Assembly: GCA_007694055.1 (NCBI GenBank)
Contig: RECK01000433.1
Coordinates: 113 to 64,112 of the forward strand
DNA length: 64,000 bases
Direction of reading: 5' to 3'
Source: Wenzhouxiangella sp.
GTDB taxonomy: Bacteria; Pseudomonadota; Gammaproteobacteria; Xanthomonadales; Wenzhouxiangellaceae
Shown here: positions 27,245 through 37,076 of the stretch, in pieces
Layout of the letters: each line of letters opens with the position of its first letter
Position numbering within the stretch: the stretch's first letter is position 1
Notes under the pieces: model-generated
Databases searched by the model: none
Seen by the model: the letters and a program-made list of their open reading frames with translations, nothing else
Told to the model about the DNA's origin: nothing
Translations under genes and position numbers: made by a program

Positions 27245-29143
27245 TCAGGAAGCCACCTTGCTGTCGATGGAAACGATCTTCTTGCGCGGCTGCCTGGCCT
27301 GTCCCATTTCCGGCACCAGCTCGAGCAATACCTGACGCAGCGCATCGCTGTCGTACTGCCGCACACCCTGCTCGGCGCGCCGCAGACAATCCTCCAGTTC
27401 AGCGCAAACCAGGTCTCCCTTGCGAGTCAGCAGGATCTTTTCATGGGCGGTCTTGGCATAGGATTCATGCGCGTGGAACAGCTCTTCAAAGAGCTTCTCT
27501 CCGGGCCGAAGCCCCGAGTAGACGATTTCTATATCTCGCCCGGGCTCCTTGCCGGCAAGCCGAATCAGCTGCTCGGCCAGATAGCTGATCCGCACCGGCT
27601 CACCCATGTCGAGCACGAACACCTCACCCCCCTGCCCCAGCACGCCGGCCTGCAGGATGAGCTGACCGGCCTCGGCGATGGTCATGAAGTAGCGGGTAAT
27701 CTCGGGGTGAGTCACGGTCACCGGTCCGCCGCGGCGAATTTGCTCATTGAACAGGGGCACGACAGAACCGGTGGAATTGAGGACGTTGCCGAAGCGAACC
27801 GTGATGAATCGAGTCTGCGAGCATCGATTGATGTGCTGGCAATAGAGCTCGGCCACACGCTTGGTCGCGCCCATGACGTTGCTGGGGTTGACCGCCTTGT
27901 CGGTGGAAATGAGAACAAACGTCTCGACACCGAAACGATCGGCGGCATCAGCCACTCGACGTGTGCCGATGACGTTGTTGCGAAATGCTTCCCGGACCTG
28001 GTTCTGCAGCATGGGCAAGTGCTTGTAGGCGGCTGCATGAAAGACCACCTGCGGACGCGCTCGCGCCATGACGTGATCAATGGTCGCCGAGTCGGCCGCA
28101 TCACCGAGCACCGTTTCCACCACCAACTCCCGAAACTCGCCGCGCAGGCGATAATCGACGCGGTAGAGATTGTATTCGCTGTGATCCAGTACCACCAGAG
28201 ACGCCGGGTCCAGGCGTGCAATCTGTCGGCACAGTTCGGCGCCAATGGATCCGCCGCCACCGGTAACCAGCACGCGCTTGCCGGCCAGTCCGGCCCGAAT
28301 CGATTCCCAGTCCAGCGACACCGGCTCGCGCCCCAGCAAGTCGTCAATCGCCACCGGCTTGAGATCATCAAAGCGGGTAAAACTGTTGCCCAGCTCGGTG
28401 AGTGTCGGCAGGGTCTTGAAGTCGACTTCTGCACGTTCGCAGATCTCGACAACCCGCTGCATCTGCTGGTTGGTTGCCGAGGGAATCGCGATCACGACCA
28501 GGTCAATGGCTGCCTCACGCGCGACTCGTGGCAGACGCTCGATGGTACCCAGCACGGGCACACCGGCAACCTCGGTATTGCGCAGACGCTTCTTGTCATC
28601 AAGGAAACCGACCACATCATAGCCCCCCCGTCGACGCAGTTCCGGCAACAGCAAGCGGCCGGAGCGGCCAGCCCCGAGGATCAGTGTTCGCTGGGTCAGA
28701 CGTCGCCTATGCACCTCCAGGCGCATATCCTTGAAAACCCGGTAGGTCAGCCGCGGCAAACCCAGCCCCAGCGCCAGCAGCACCGGGAAAATCCACACCA
28801 TCAGCACCATCAGCTCGATGGGTGCGGTGAGCACGAGCAGCACGGCCGCGCCTGCAACCGCGCCAAGAATGGCCGCGCGGACCAGATTGGCCAGGTCGGG
28901 CAGACTCGCGAAACGCCACACACCGCGATAAAGGCCAGCGCGCCATTGCAGGAAACCCTGGGCCATGAGCACGAGATTGATCTCGAGGGCCAATTGTTGC
29001 CAGTTCAGCGAGGGTTCACCGAGCAGCCACAGGGTCCCGATTCGAGCCGCCGACCAGGCCAACGCGATCATGCACAGATCGTGCAGGATGACCAGCAGGC
29101 GAAGATTCAGCCAGTTCGGTCTGCGTTCTACCCGTTCAGTCAT
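27245..29143 (-). CDS. Nucleoside-diphosphate sugar 4,6-dehydratase (WbpM/PglF/CapD family)
   Basis: N-terminal TM helices, ILGAGRSG, DDLLGRE, VTGGGGSIGAEL, FHAAAYKH, ISTDKAVNPSNVMGATKR, GLRPGEKLFEEL; start 29143 gives an ATGA overlap with the upstream gene. Confidence 0.92.
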   Translation of the reverse strand: MTERVERRPNWLNLRLLVILHDLCMIALAWSAARIGTLWLLGEPSLNWQQLALEINLVLMAQGFLQWRAGLYRGVWRFASLPDLANLVRAAILGAVAGAAVLLVLTAPIELMVLMVWIFPVLLALGLGLPRLTYRVFKDMRLEVHRRRLTQRTLILGAGRSGRLLLPELRRRGGYDVVGFLDDKKRLRNTEVAGVPVLGTIERLPRVAREAAIDLVVIAIPSATNQQMQRVVEICERAEVDFKTLPTLTELGNSFTRFDDLKPVAIDDLLGREPVSLDWESIRAGLAGKRVLVTGGGGSIGAELCRQIARLDPASLVVLDHSEYNLYRVDYRLRGEFRELVVETVLGDAADSATIDHVMARARPQVVFHAAAYKHLPMLQNQVREAFRNNVIGTRRVADAADRFGVETFVLISTDKAVNPSNVMGATKRVAELYCQHINRCSQTRFITVRFGNVLNSTGSVVPLFNEQIRRGGPVTVTHPEITRYFMTIAEAGQLILQAGVLGQGGEVFVLDMGEPVRISYLAEQLIRLAGKEPGRDIEIVYSGLRPGEKLFEELFHAHESYAKTAHEKILLTRKGDLVCAELEDCLRRAEQGVRQYDSDALRQVLLELVPEMGQARQPRKKIVSIDSKVAS

Positions 29144-30168
29144 GCGGTTGATCGTTCTCCGTTGGTAGCGAACTGAATCAACAACCAGAACAAGACCAGC
29201 AGGCCCACCAAAAGGGCCGCAAGCCAGATGTCCAGCTGCGGATGTCGCACGGCGAGCAGGGTCGCTGGCATTACCAGAACGAGGTTTGCACCAGCGTACA
29301 AACCCAACACCTGCCCATGACTCCAGCCGCACGCAATCAGCCGCTGATAAGCGTGTTGGCGGTGCGGAGTATACCACCGCTCCCCTCTGGCCACCCGCCG
29401 CAGCAGCGTCAGCGTGGCGTCAACCACGAAAACCGAGGCGATGATCAGGCCTGTCCATGGGCTGACGCTACCGGTAGCCAGCGCCGTCATGACCATCCAG
29501 GCGACCATCCCGCCGATCAACAGCGAGCCAGTGTCACCCATGAACAGTTTTGCCGGTGGCCAGTTCCAGACCAGAAAGCCCAGACAGACAGCAACCAGGG
29601 CCAGGCTGGCAACGGCCGGCACGAGCAGATCGAGCGTGGCGAAAACAACCGCAAACGCCACGCCGGCCCAGACCCCCTGACTGCCGGCCAGGCCATCCGA
29701 ACCGTCCATGAAATTGTGCAGATTGATCAGCCAGATCACCCCCACCACGGCCAGCGGTGTCCACAACCAGGGGGCACTGAAAACATGGCCACCCAACTCG
29801 ATCCGGTCAACCCCCCCGACAGAGGCGACCAGTACGGCTGCCACGAGCAACTGCGCCAGCATGCGCCAGCGAATACCCAGGTCATGCCGGTCATCCAGCC
29901 AGCCGACCAGAACCAGCACCAGCGCCAGCAGGAACGGGATCGCCATTGCAGTCTCAAGCAAGGCCAGCGCCACCAGCACAGGCAATAACCCGGCCGCCAT
30001 GGCCAGGCCACCGCCGCGCGGTGTCGGCACCTGGTGGCTGCGACGGACGCCGGGCAGGTCGATGACGCCCTTGTCCAGCAGGTAGCGACGCAGGAACGGG
30101 CTGAGCAGCAGCGTGACCAGGCCGCCCATCGGAGCCAGCACCAGTGGCCACCAGTGCGCCAGGATCAC
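29140..30168 (-). CDS. Polyprenyl-phosphate sugar-1-phosphate transferase (WbpL/MraY-WecA, GT4 family)
   Basis: RSHQVPTPRGGG, GWLDDR, NLHNFMDGSDG, LFMGDTGS, HRQHAYQRL; GTG start at 30168 overlaps the lapB stop. Confidence 0.9.
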   Translation of the reverse strand: MILAHWWPLVLAPMGGLVTLLLSPFLRRYLLDKGVIDLPGVRRSHQVPTPRGGGLAMAAGLLPVLVALALLETAMAIPFLLALVLVLVGWLDDRHDLGIRWRMLAQLLVAAVLVASVGGVDRIELGGHVFSAPWLWTPLAVVGVIWLINLHNFMDGSDGLAGSQGVWAGVAFAVVFATLDLLVPAVASLALVAVCLGFLVWNWPPAKLFMGDTGSLLIGGMVAWMVMTALATGSVSPWTGLIIASVFVVDATLTLLRRVARGERWYTPHRQHAYQRLIACGWSHGQVLGLYAGANLVLVMPATLLAVRHPQLDIWLAALLVGLLVLFWLLIQFATNGERSTA

Positions 30169-31328
30169 TCGCCGAGCACCCCGCTGATGACCCGCGTTGT
30201 GTTCCAGCGCCGACAGCTCGGGCACAGCCAGTGGTAGGCGCTTCCGCTGAAACCACAATGATTGCAGCGATAGACCGGCTGCCCCTCGATCAACCGCAGC
30301 ATCAGGTCTCGAATCAGCTCCGGGCCGATCTGTTCGAGACCAAAATCATGGTCATGAAGCAGGTGCATCAGGCATTCCAGTCCGCGCACCGTGGGGCGCC
30401 GGGACAGGTAATCGAGCAGAAAATCAACCGCAAGGCGCGGATCCCGCTCGGCTCGCAGCTCGGCCAGAACCAGGGCCGGCGTTGTCAGCTTGCCCTCTTC
30501 TACTTCCGCAACCAGCCATGCTTCGAGCGACCCGATCTGATCCAGCTGACGGTGACAGGCCACGATGCGATCGAGTGCCTGCACCACGCAGTCACGGTCC
30601 AGTCGACAGGCTTCGAGATAGCAATCCAGGGCATCCTGCCAGCGCCGCTCGCGCCACCACAGCTCACCCTCAAGCAGGCGCGGTCGGGGGTTGCGCGGAT
30701 CACAGCTGCGCGCCTGACGCAGATGCTTGCGAACCGATTCGGGATCACCGCCATCCAGCGCCTGCTGGGCCAGTTCGCAATAGAACTGGGCGACCAGCTG
30801 CTGGGTGCGCGGACTATCGTCGGCCAGGTGCCGGGAGCGCTCGATCGCCCTGGCCCAATCTTTTTCCTGCTGATAAATACCCAACAGCTGCCGGGCTGGC
30901 TGCTGGGCCCGTGGATTATGCTCGAGCAGTTGTGCAAACAGCTTTTCTGCCCGATCCAGCAGACCTGCACGCATGTAATCCTCGCCCAGTTCCAGCAAGG
31001 CCTGCGAGCGCTGTTCATCGGTCAGGTTGGGTCGGCTGATGATGTGTTTATGGAAGCGGATGGCCTTGTCCATTTCGCCGCGACGACGAAACAGGTTACC
31101 AAGCGCAAGATGGGTCTCGACGGTGTCCTGATTGATTTCGGCAATCTCGAGAAAGACCTCGATTGCCTTGTCCGGCTGCTCGTTGAGCAGATAATTCAGA
31201 CCACGAAAGTAGTTGCTGGATAAGACCGAGTCCCGTTTGCGCCGGCCGGACTCACGGTGCCGAGCCGCCCACCAGCCGCTGGCCGCCGCCACCGGCAGCA
31301 GCGTAAACAGCAGAAACAGCTCAAGCAT
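30165..31328 (-). CDS. lapB: LPS assembly protein LapB
   Basis: 387 aa; N-terminal TM, YFRGLNYLLNEQPDKAI, TPRs, C-terminal CNHC...CPSC. Confidence 0.95.
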   Translation of the reverse strand: MLELFLLFTLLPVAAASGWWAARHRESGRRKRDSVLSSNYFRGLNYLLNEQPDKAIEVFLEIAEINQDTVETHLALGNLFRRRGEMDKAIRFHKHIISRPNLTDEQRSQALLELGEDYMRAGLLDRAEKLFAQLLEHNPRAQQPARQLLGIYQQEKDWARAIERSRHLADDSPRTQQLVAQFYCELAQQALDGGDPESVRKHLRQARSCDPRNPRPRLLEGELWWRERRWQDALDCYLEACRLDRDCVVQALDRIVACHRQLDQIGSLEAWLVAEVEEGKLTTPALVLAELRAERDPRLAVDFLLDYLSRRPTVRGLECLMHLLHDHDFGLEQIGPELIRDLMLRLIEGQPVYRCNHCGFSGSAYHWLCPSCRRWNTTRVISGVLGE

Positions 31329-31590
31329 TGCGCTCAGGCAGGCTTTCGTCCTTCGGACGGGTCGTGCGGCCCATGCCGCGAAGGCGAGCCGGCAGGTAAA
31401 ACAGAATCAGGCACAGCACAAAGCCGAGCACCGCACCGCAAACCAGGGCGAGAATGAGAAGACTGCCCAGCGCCAGTTCAAGCTCGAAGCCAGGCAGATG
31501 CGCCTGCACCGGGTCGGGGTTCATTACACCCACGGCCAGCCCAAGCAGCGCGGCCAGAATGCAGGCAACCAGGATTATCCAGCGAAACAT
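31321..31590 (-). CDS. lapA: LPS assembly protein LapA
   Basis: 89 aa, two TM helices, between ihfB and lapB. Confidence 0.8.
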   Translation of the reverse strand: MFRWIILVACILAALLGLAVGVMNPDPVQAHLPGFELELALGSLLILALVCGAVLGFVLCLILFYLPARLRGMGRTTRPKDESLPERNA

Positions 31591-31668
31591 GTCAGCTCCA
31601 CAACGTCACTATGCCAGCCATTGATCAAGGCCAGACGCAAAAACGGTTGACGGCGCGGTGAGCCCGGG

Positions 31669-31956
31669 TTATCCCGCCTTGCCGTTGACCCGCTCGCGCA
31701 GCGCTTTACCTGGCTTGAAGTGTGGCACATGTTTGCCGGGTAGCGCCACGGGCTCGCCGGTTTTGGGGTTGCGCCCCATCCGAGGCGGTCGGAAATGCAA
31801 GGAAAAACTGCCAAACCCCCTGATTTCGATGCGCTCGCCCTCGGCGAGAGCACGGCTGAGCTGTTCCAGCATCGAACGCACGGCCAACTCGACGTCCGCC
31901 TGGCTCAGATGTGTTTGACTGGCGGAAAGCCGCTCAATCAATTCGGATTTCGTCAT
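31669..31956 (-). CDS. ihfB: Integration host factor beta subunit
   Basis: [34 protein letters not shown]; start set at 31956. Confidence 0.97.
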   Translation of the reverse strand: MTKSELIERLSASQTHLSQADVELAVRSMLEQLSRALAEGERIEIRGFGSFSLHFRPPRMGRNPKTGEPVALPGKHVPHFKPGKALRERVNGKAG

Positions 31957-32018
31957 AAGCCTATCCCCATCAGGCAAACCGGCGACCACAGTGGGTCACC
32001 GGTTTCTTGGTCCCGCAA

Positions 32019-33692
32019 TCAGTTCTTGCCGAGCTGCTCCTTGAGCAAATCGCCCAAGGTGGCACCACCACTACCGCCGGAACGCGACTGGTACTGGTCA
32101 AGTGCATCGGCCAGCTCAGCTTCATCCTTGGCGCGAACAGACAGCGTCAGGTTGCGAGTCTTGCGATCAAGTGCAACGAACTTCGCCTCGATCTCGTCTC
32201 CCACGGAAAGGATCTTGGTTGCATCCTCAACACGTTCCTTGGCCAGGTCCGATGCCTTGATATAACCGTCAACACCGTCGGCAAGCTCGATAATCGCACC
32301 ACGCGGATCAACTTCCTTGACCTTGCCGGTAACGACGGAACCACGCGGGTGCTCGGCCATGTAGGTGGCGAACGGATCCTGCTCAAGCTGCTTGATGCCC
32401 AGCGAGATACGCTCCCGCTCCGGATCAACCGCCAGCACGGAAGCTTCGACTTCCTCGCCCTTGCGGAAGTTGCGGATCGCATCTTCGCCCGCGTTCATCC
32501 AGGAAATGTCGGACAGATGGACCAGTCCGTCGATGCCGCCGTCCAGGCCGATGAAGATACCGAAATCGGTGATCGACTTGATGGCACCGCTGACCTTGTC
32601 GCCCTTGTTGTGGGTGGCGGCGAAGGCCTCCCAGGGGTTGGGCGCGCACTGCTTCATGCCCAGCGAGATACGGCGACGCTCTTCGTCGACATCCAGAACC
32701 ATGACTTCGACTTCCTGGCCGACGTGTACCACCTTGGCCGGGTTGACGTTCTTGTTGGTCCAGTCCATTTCCGAAACGTGCACCAGCCCTTCGACCCCAT
32801 CTTCGATTTCGACGAAACAGCCGTAATCGGTAATGTTGGTGACCTTGCCGAACAGGCGGGAGGTCGGCGGGTAACGACGATCGATGTTGTTCCACGGATC
32901 ATCACCCAGCTGCTTGAGACCCAGCGACACGCGCATGCGCTCGCGGTCGAAGCGCAGCACACGCACTTCGAGCTCATCACCGACTTCAACCACCTCGGAA
33001 GGATGACGAACACGCTTCCAGGCCATGTCGGTAATGTGGAGCAGGCCATCGATGCCACCCAGGTCCAGGAACGCACCGTAATCAGTCAGGTTCTTGACCA
33101 CGCCCTTGATCACCGCACCTTCATTCAGGCGCTCGATCAGATCGTCACGCTCTGCGGCGTATTCATGCTCGACCACGGCACGGCGGCTGACCACCAGATT
33201 GTTGCGGCGGCGGTCCAGCTTGATGATCTTGAATTCCAGATCCTTGCCTTCCAGATAGGCCGGATCGCGCACCGGTCGAACGTCGACCAGTGAACCGGGC
33301 AGGAATGCCCGAATGCCGTCGATGTTGACGGTAAAGCCACCCTTGACCTTTCCGGAAATCTGGCCGATCACGTTGTCTTCAGCTTCGAAGACCTTCTCCA
33401 GCGTGGTCCACACGCGAGAACGCTTGGCCTTTTCACGCGACAGACGCGTTTCGCCGAATCCGTCCTCGACGGCATCCAGCGAGACTTCAACCTCGTCACC
33501 CACTTCCACTTCGAGCTCGCCATCCGGCTTCTCGAACTGGTGAATCGGAACAATACCTTCCGACTTCAGGCCAGCGTTGATGACGACAACGTCGTCGCGG
33601 ATTTCCACCACCCGACCAATGATGATCGCCCCGGGGCGAAGATCCTTTTCGGTCAGGCTCTGTTCAAATAATTCTGCAAAAGATTCAGTCAT
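32019..33692 (-). CDS. rpsA: 30S ribosomal protein S1
   Basis: [13 protein letters not shown] start at 33692; repeated S1 domains ([24 protein letters not shown]). Confidence 0.98.
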   Translation of the reverse strand: MTESFAELFEQSLTEKDLRPGAIIIGRVVEIRDDVVVINAGLKSEGIVPIHQFEKPDGELEVEVGDEVEVSLDAVEDGFGETRLSREKAKRSRVWTTLEKVFEAEDNVIGQISGKVKGGFTVNIDGIRAFLPGSLVDVRPVRDPAYLEGKDLEFKIIKLDRRRNNLVVSRRAVVEHEYAAERDDLIERLNEGAVIKGVVKNLTDYGAFLDLGGIDGLLHITDMAWKRVRHPSEVVEVGDELEVRVLRFDRERMRVSLGLKQLGDDPWNNIDRRYPPTSRLFGKVTNITDYGCFVEIEDGVEGLVHVSEMDWTNKNVNPAKVVHVGQEVEVMVLDVDEERRRISLGMKQCAPNPWEAFAATHNKGDKVSGAIKSITDFGIFIGLDGGIDGLVHLSDISWMNAGEDAIRNFRKGEEVEASVLAVDPERERISLGIKQLEQDPFATYMAEHPRGSVVTGKVKEVDPRGAIIELADGVDGYIKASDLAKERVEDATKILSVGDEIEAKFVALDRKTRNLTLSVRAKDEAELADALDQYQSRSGGSGGATLGDLLKEQLGKN

Positions 33693-33868
33693 TACGCTTG
33701 ATTCATCCTGCAAGATCTGCGCGGTTTGTGCATTCAATGCGCTATATCTCTCTGTCATCCGCGTTCGCTTCCGATTTTGAAATCGGCAAGTATCGAACGC
33801 TCGTTCACGAAAAGCCGGCTACCGTCCAGCGGCAGCCAGCACCCAAAGTTCTTTCTCGGACTGAAGAT

Positions 33869-34555
33869 TCAGACGCGCTGCCGGACGATGGACAGCACCT
33901 TGTCGATCACCTCGTCCAGCGTCATGGTCGTGGAATCCAGGACCACGGCATCGGCGGCTGGTACGGTCGGCGAAACGGGGCGTTCCCGGTCGCGGCGGTC
34001 CCGCGCCTCCAAGTCGCGAAAAAGACGGAGAAAGTTAACATCTTTGCCCTTTTCTTTCAACTGTTTGTAGCGTCTATTCGCTCTTTCTTTCACGCTGGCG
34101 TCCAAAAACACCTTGATCGGCGCATCCGGGAAAACCACGGTACCCATGTCACGGCCATCGGCAACGAGCCCTGGCTGGCGGCGGAAACTGCGCTGAAGAT
34201 CAAGCAACGCGGCTCTAACTGCCGGCAACAAGGCTATTTTGGAGCTCATCACACTGACCTCTTCCTGGCGCAGACGATCATCCACAGGCTGTCCATCCAG
34301 GAAAACCGCGATGCCGGTATCGGCGGCCTCGAACGAGAGCGCAAGATCCTGGCATAAATCGGCGAGGCTGTCTTCGTCGTCGGCAGAAACACCCTGATCC
34401 AGGGCACTGGCCGCCACGGCACGGTAGACAGCGCCGGAATCGAGCGCAAACCAGCCGAGGCGGCGGGCCACGCCGGCCGATACCGCGCCCTTGCCGGCGC
34501 CGGAGGGGCCGTCAATGGTCAGGACGGGGGCTGATTTGTTGTTGCTGCTGGTCAT
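33869..34555 (-). CDS. cmk: Cytidylate kinase
   Basis: TIDGPSGAGKG, LVADGRDMGTVVFPDA, RDRRD. Confidence 0.97.
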   Translation of the reverse strand: MTSSNNKSAPVLTIDGPSGAGKGAVSAGVARRLGWFALDSGAVYRAVAASALDQGVSADDEDSLADLCQDLALSFEAADTGIAVFLDGQPVDDRLRQEEVSVMSSKIALLPAVRAALLDLQRSFRRQPGLVADGRDMGTVVFPDAPIKVFLDASVKERANRRYKQLKEKGKDVNFLRLFRDLEARDRRDRERPVSPTVPAADAVVLDSTTMTLDEVIDKVLSIVRQRV

Positions 34556-34561
34556 GGGGGG

Positions 34562-34589
34562 CGGTTTACGGTTTACGGTTTACGGTTTG
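34562..34589. repeat. Heptamer tandem repeat (CGGTTTA)3 CGGTTTG
   Basis: Four 7-nt units in the aroA-cmk spacer, ending 6 nt before the cmk ATG. Confidence 0.9.
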
Positions 34590-34624
34590 CGGGGTGGCGC
34601 GCCGGGGCCGTTGTTGGCCGGGCC

Positions 34625-35926
34625 TCAATCGAGCCACTCCAGATTGGCGCCCAGGCTGCGCATATCGTCGACGAAGCCGGGATAACTGGTCCTGATCCAT
34701 TCTGCGTGGTCGATCTCCACCGGGCCGTCGGCAACCAACCCCAGAACGGCCAGGCTCATGGCAATGCGGTGATCACCGGCACTGTCAACCTGTCCACCAC
34801 GGACCGAACCGCCTTCGACGACGGCACCGTCCGGCGTTTCCTCCAGCCTCACGCCGAGGCGCCGAAGCTGCTCGCTCATTACCGCGAGGCGATCCGATTC
34901 CTTGACCCGCAACTCGGCCGCACCCTGGATCCGCGTCGTACCCGAAGCGACCGCGGCCAGGGCCATGATCACGGGAAATTCGTCGATAGCCAAAGGCACC
35001 CACTCGGCCGGAATGTCGATTCCGGTCAGCGCTGATGGCTGCACCTTGATACTGCCGACCGGCTCGTTTCCTATCGGTTCGGCCTGAGAAAGGGTCAACT
35101 TGCCCCCCATGGCGCGCAAGATCCGAAGCACACCGTCACGGGTCGGGTTGATGCCGACATTGGCCAGCTCGATGCCCTGCTCGGCTGCCGCCAGCAGCCC
35201 TGCGGCGATCACGAAAGCCGCAGAACTCAGATCACCCGGCACGTGGAAGCGACCGCCCTCAAGCTGCTGGCCGCCGCGCACGCCGATTCCCGGCGCCGCA
35301 TCGAAAAGCTCAACGCCGAAGGCCGGAAACAGCCGCTCGCTGTGATCGCGACTGGGGCCGGGCTCAATCACCGCCGTGTCGCCGTCGGCGAACAGGCCGG
35401 CCAGCAGCACGGCCGACTTGACCTGCGCGCTGGCCACCGGCATCACGTAACGAATGCCCCGCAGCTTCGTTGGCTGCAGGCCAAGCGGGGCATGGCCATC
35501 GACGGTTCGAATACGGGCACCCATTTCACCCAGGGGCCGGGTAATTCTTGCCATGGGTCGCCCGGACAGGGACTCATCGCCAACCAGCGAAAGCTCCTGA
35601 CCCACAAGGTCCGGGTGTCCGCACAGGGCACCGCAAAGCAAGCGCATGCCGGTCCCCGAGTTACCCAGGTCCAGCGCGGCCGCCGGGGCCTTGAGCCGGC
35701 CACCACGGATGCAGATCAGTCCATCGCTTTCCTCCACCGCGGCACCGAGTTCAGCCATGGCGGTCAGCGTGGCCCGGGTGTCTGCTGCGTCCAGAAAACC
35801 GCTGATCCGGGTTTCACCCTGGGCCAGGCCGCCAAGAATGGCCAGACGATGCGAAATCGACTTGTCCCCCGGCGGCAGGTAACGTCCGGTCAGCGGACGA
35901 GAAATGGGTGTTACGCGCAGCTTCAT
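34625..35926 (-). CDS. aroA: EPSP synthase
   Basis: PGDKSISHR, LGNSGTGMRL, SAQVKSA, IDEFP, ELRVKESDR, GDHRIAM. Confidence 0.97.
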   Translation of the reverse strand: MKLRVTPISRPLTGRYLPPGDKSISHRLAILGGLAQGETRISGFLDAADTRATLTAMAELGAAVEESDGLICIRGGRLKAPAAALDLGNSGTGMRLLCGALCGHPDLVGQELSLVGDESLSGRPMARITRPLGEMGARIRTVDGHAPLGLQPTKLRGIRYVMPVASAQVKSAVLLAGLFADGDTAVIEPGPSRDHSERLFPAFGVELFDAAPGIGVRGGQQLEGGRFHVPGDLSSAAFVIAAGLLAAAEQGIELANVGINPTRDGVLRILRAMGGKLTLSQAEPIGNEPVGSIKVQPSALTGIDIPAEWVPLAIDEFPVIMALAAVASGTTRIQGAAELRVKESDRLAVMSEQLRRLGVRLEETPDGAVVEGGSVRGGQVDSAGDHRIAMSLAVLGLVADGPVEIDHAEWIRTSYPGFVDDMRSLGANLEWLD

Positions 35927-37047
35927 GAGGCAAGAATGGTCTTGAGTGCTGCCAGAACGCGCGCGTTCTGGGCCGAGGTGCCGATGGTGATACGCAGGTA
36001 GTTGTCCAGACCATAGTTACCGACCGGGCGAACAATAACTCCGGCCCGAAGCAACTTCTCGTCGAGATCGGCGCCGGCCTGGTCAAACTCGGCAAGAATG
36101 AAATTGGCCGCCGACGGAATCACCCGCGCCCCCAGTGCTTCGAGGCCGGTACCGAGTTGACGCATGCCGCTGGCATTGAGCGCCCGGCTGCGCTCAATGA
36201 AATCATGATCACCGAGCGCAGCGTTGGCCGCGGTCAGCGCCAGCGAGTTGACGTTGAAGGCCGGGCGCACGCGGTTGAGCAAGTCAGCCACCCCGGGATT
36301 GCTCAGCGCGTAGCCGACACGCAGGCCGGCCAGCCCGTAGGCCTTGGAGAAAGTGCGCGTCACGACCAGGTTGGGAAACTCGTGCAGCCAGGTCGAGGCA
36401 TCGCCCAGCCGGTCCGACTCGGCATACTCGGTATAGGCCTCATCGACCACGCAGATCACATGCGGCGGCAAGGAACCGACGAAATCCTTTAGCCGATGAC
36501 CATCCAGCCAGGTGCCAGTCGGGTTGTTCGGATTGGCCACGAACACCAGGCGGGTGTCGGGCCCGACCCGCTCATACAGGCCACGCAGGTCGTGCCCCAA
36601 CGGCATGACGTGATCCCGCGGCAAGGCCGGGGCCACCTTTGCCGTAGCCCCCACCATTTGCGTGGCAATCGGGTACACCGCGAAGCAGTACTGCGAGAAG
36701 ACTGCCTCCAGGCCCGGCGCCAGAAAGACCTGGGCAAGAAAAACCAGCACGTCATTGGAACCATTGCCCAGCGTGACACAGGCCGGATCCACCCCGTGAC
36801 GTTCGGCCAGTGTCTGCTTGAGGAAGTAACCGTTGGCATCCGGATAGAGCCACAGATCATCCAGCTCGCCGCGGATGGCTTCCAGCGCTCGCGGGCTGGC
36901 CCCGAGCGGATTTTCGTTGGAAGCGAGCTTGATCGAATCGCGCACACCGTACTCTCGCTCGAGCTCGGCAATGGGTTTGCCCGGTGTGTAAGGCTTGAGC
37001 TCGCGGACACCGGGAACGGCCAGCTCGTTGTAATCGTAGGTTTTCAT
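35923..37047 (-). CDS. hisC: Histidinol-phosphate/aromatic aminotransferase
   Basis: KLASNENPLG, GNGSND, NPNNPTG, DEAY, RTFSKAYGLAGLRVGY. Confidence 0.95.
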   Translation of the reverse strand: MKTYDYNELAVPGVRELKPYTPGKPIAELEREYGVRDSIKLASNENPLGASPRALEAIRGELDDLWLYPDANGYFLKQTLAERHGVDPACVTLGNGSNDVLVFLAQVFLAPGLEAVFSQYCFAVYPIATQMVGATAKVAPALPRDHVMPLGHDLRGLYERVGPDTRLVFVANPNNPTGTWLDGHRLKDFVGSLPPHVICVVDEAYTEYAESDRLGDASTWLHEFPNLVVTRTFSKAYGLAGLRVGYALSNPGVADLLNRVRPAFNVNSLALTAANAALGDHDFIERSRALNASGMRQLGTGLEALGARVIPSAANFILAEFDQAGADLDEKLLRAGVIVRPVGNYGLDNYLRITIGTSAQNARVLAALKTILAS

Positions 37048-37076
37048 ATCAGGCGGAAAGGATTTGAATGATTTCG

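Noticed and set aside
27158-29176. 672-aa plus-strand ORF, and similar long ORFs at 49-978, 3073-4929, 13465-14724, 32007-33293, 45436-46542, 48557-49888 and 55848-57134
   Set aside because: Antisense shadows of confidently identified genes, with no family signatures.
33693-33868. Long rpsA leader lacking a clear Shine-Dalgarno
   Set aside because: An expected feature of gammaproteobacterial rpsA autoregulatory leaders; I could not define its structure well enough to call it.
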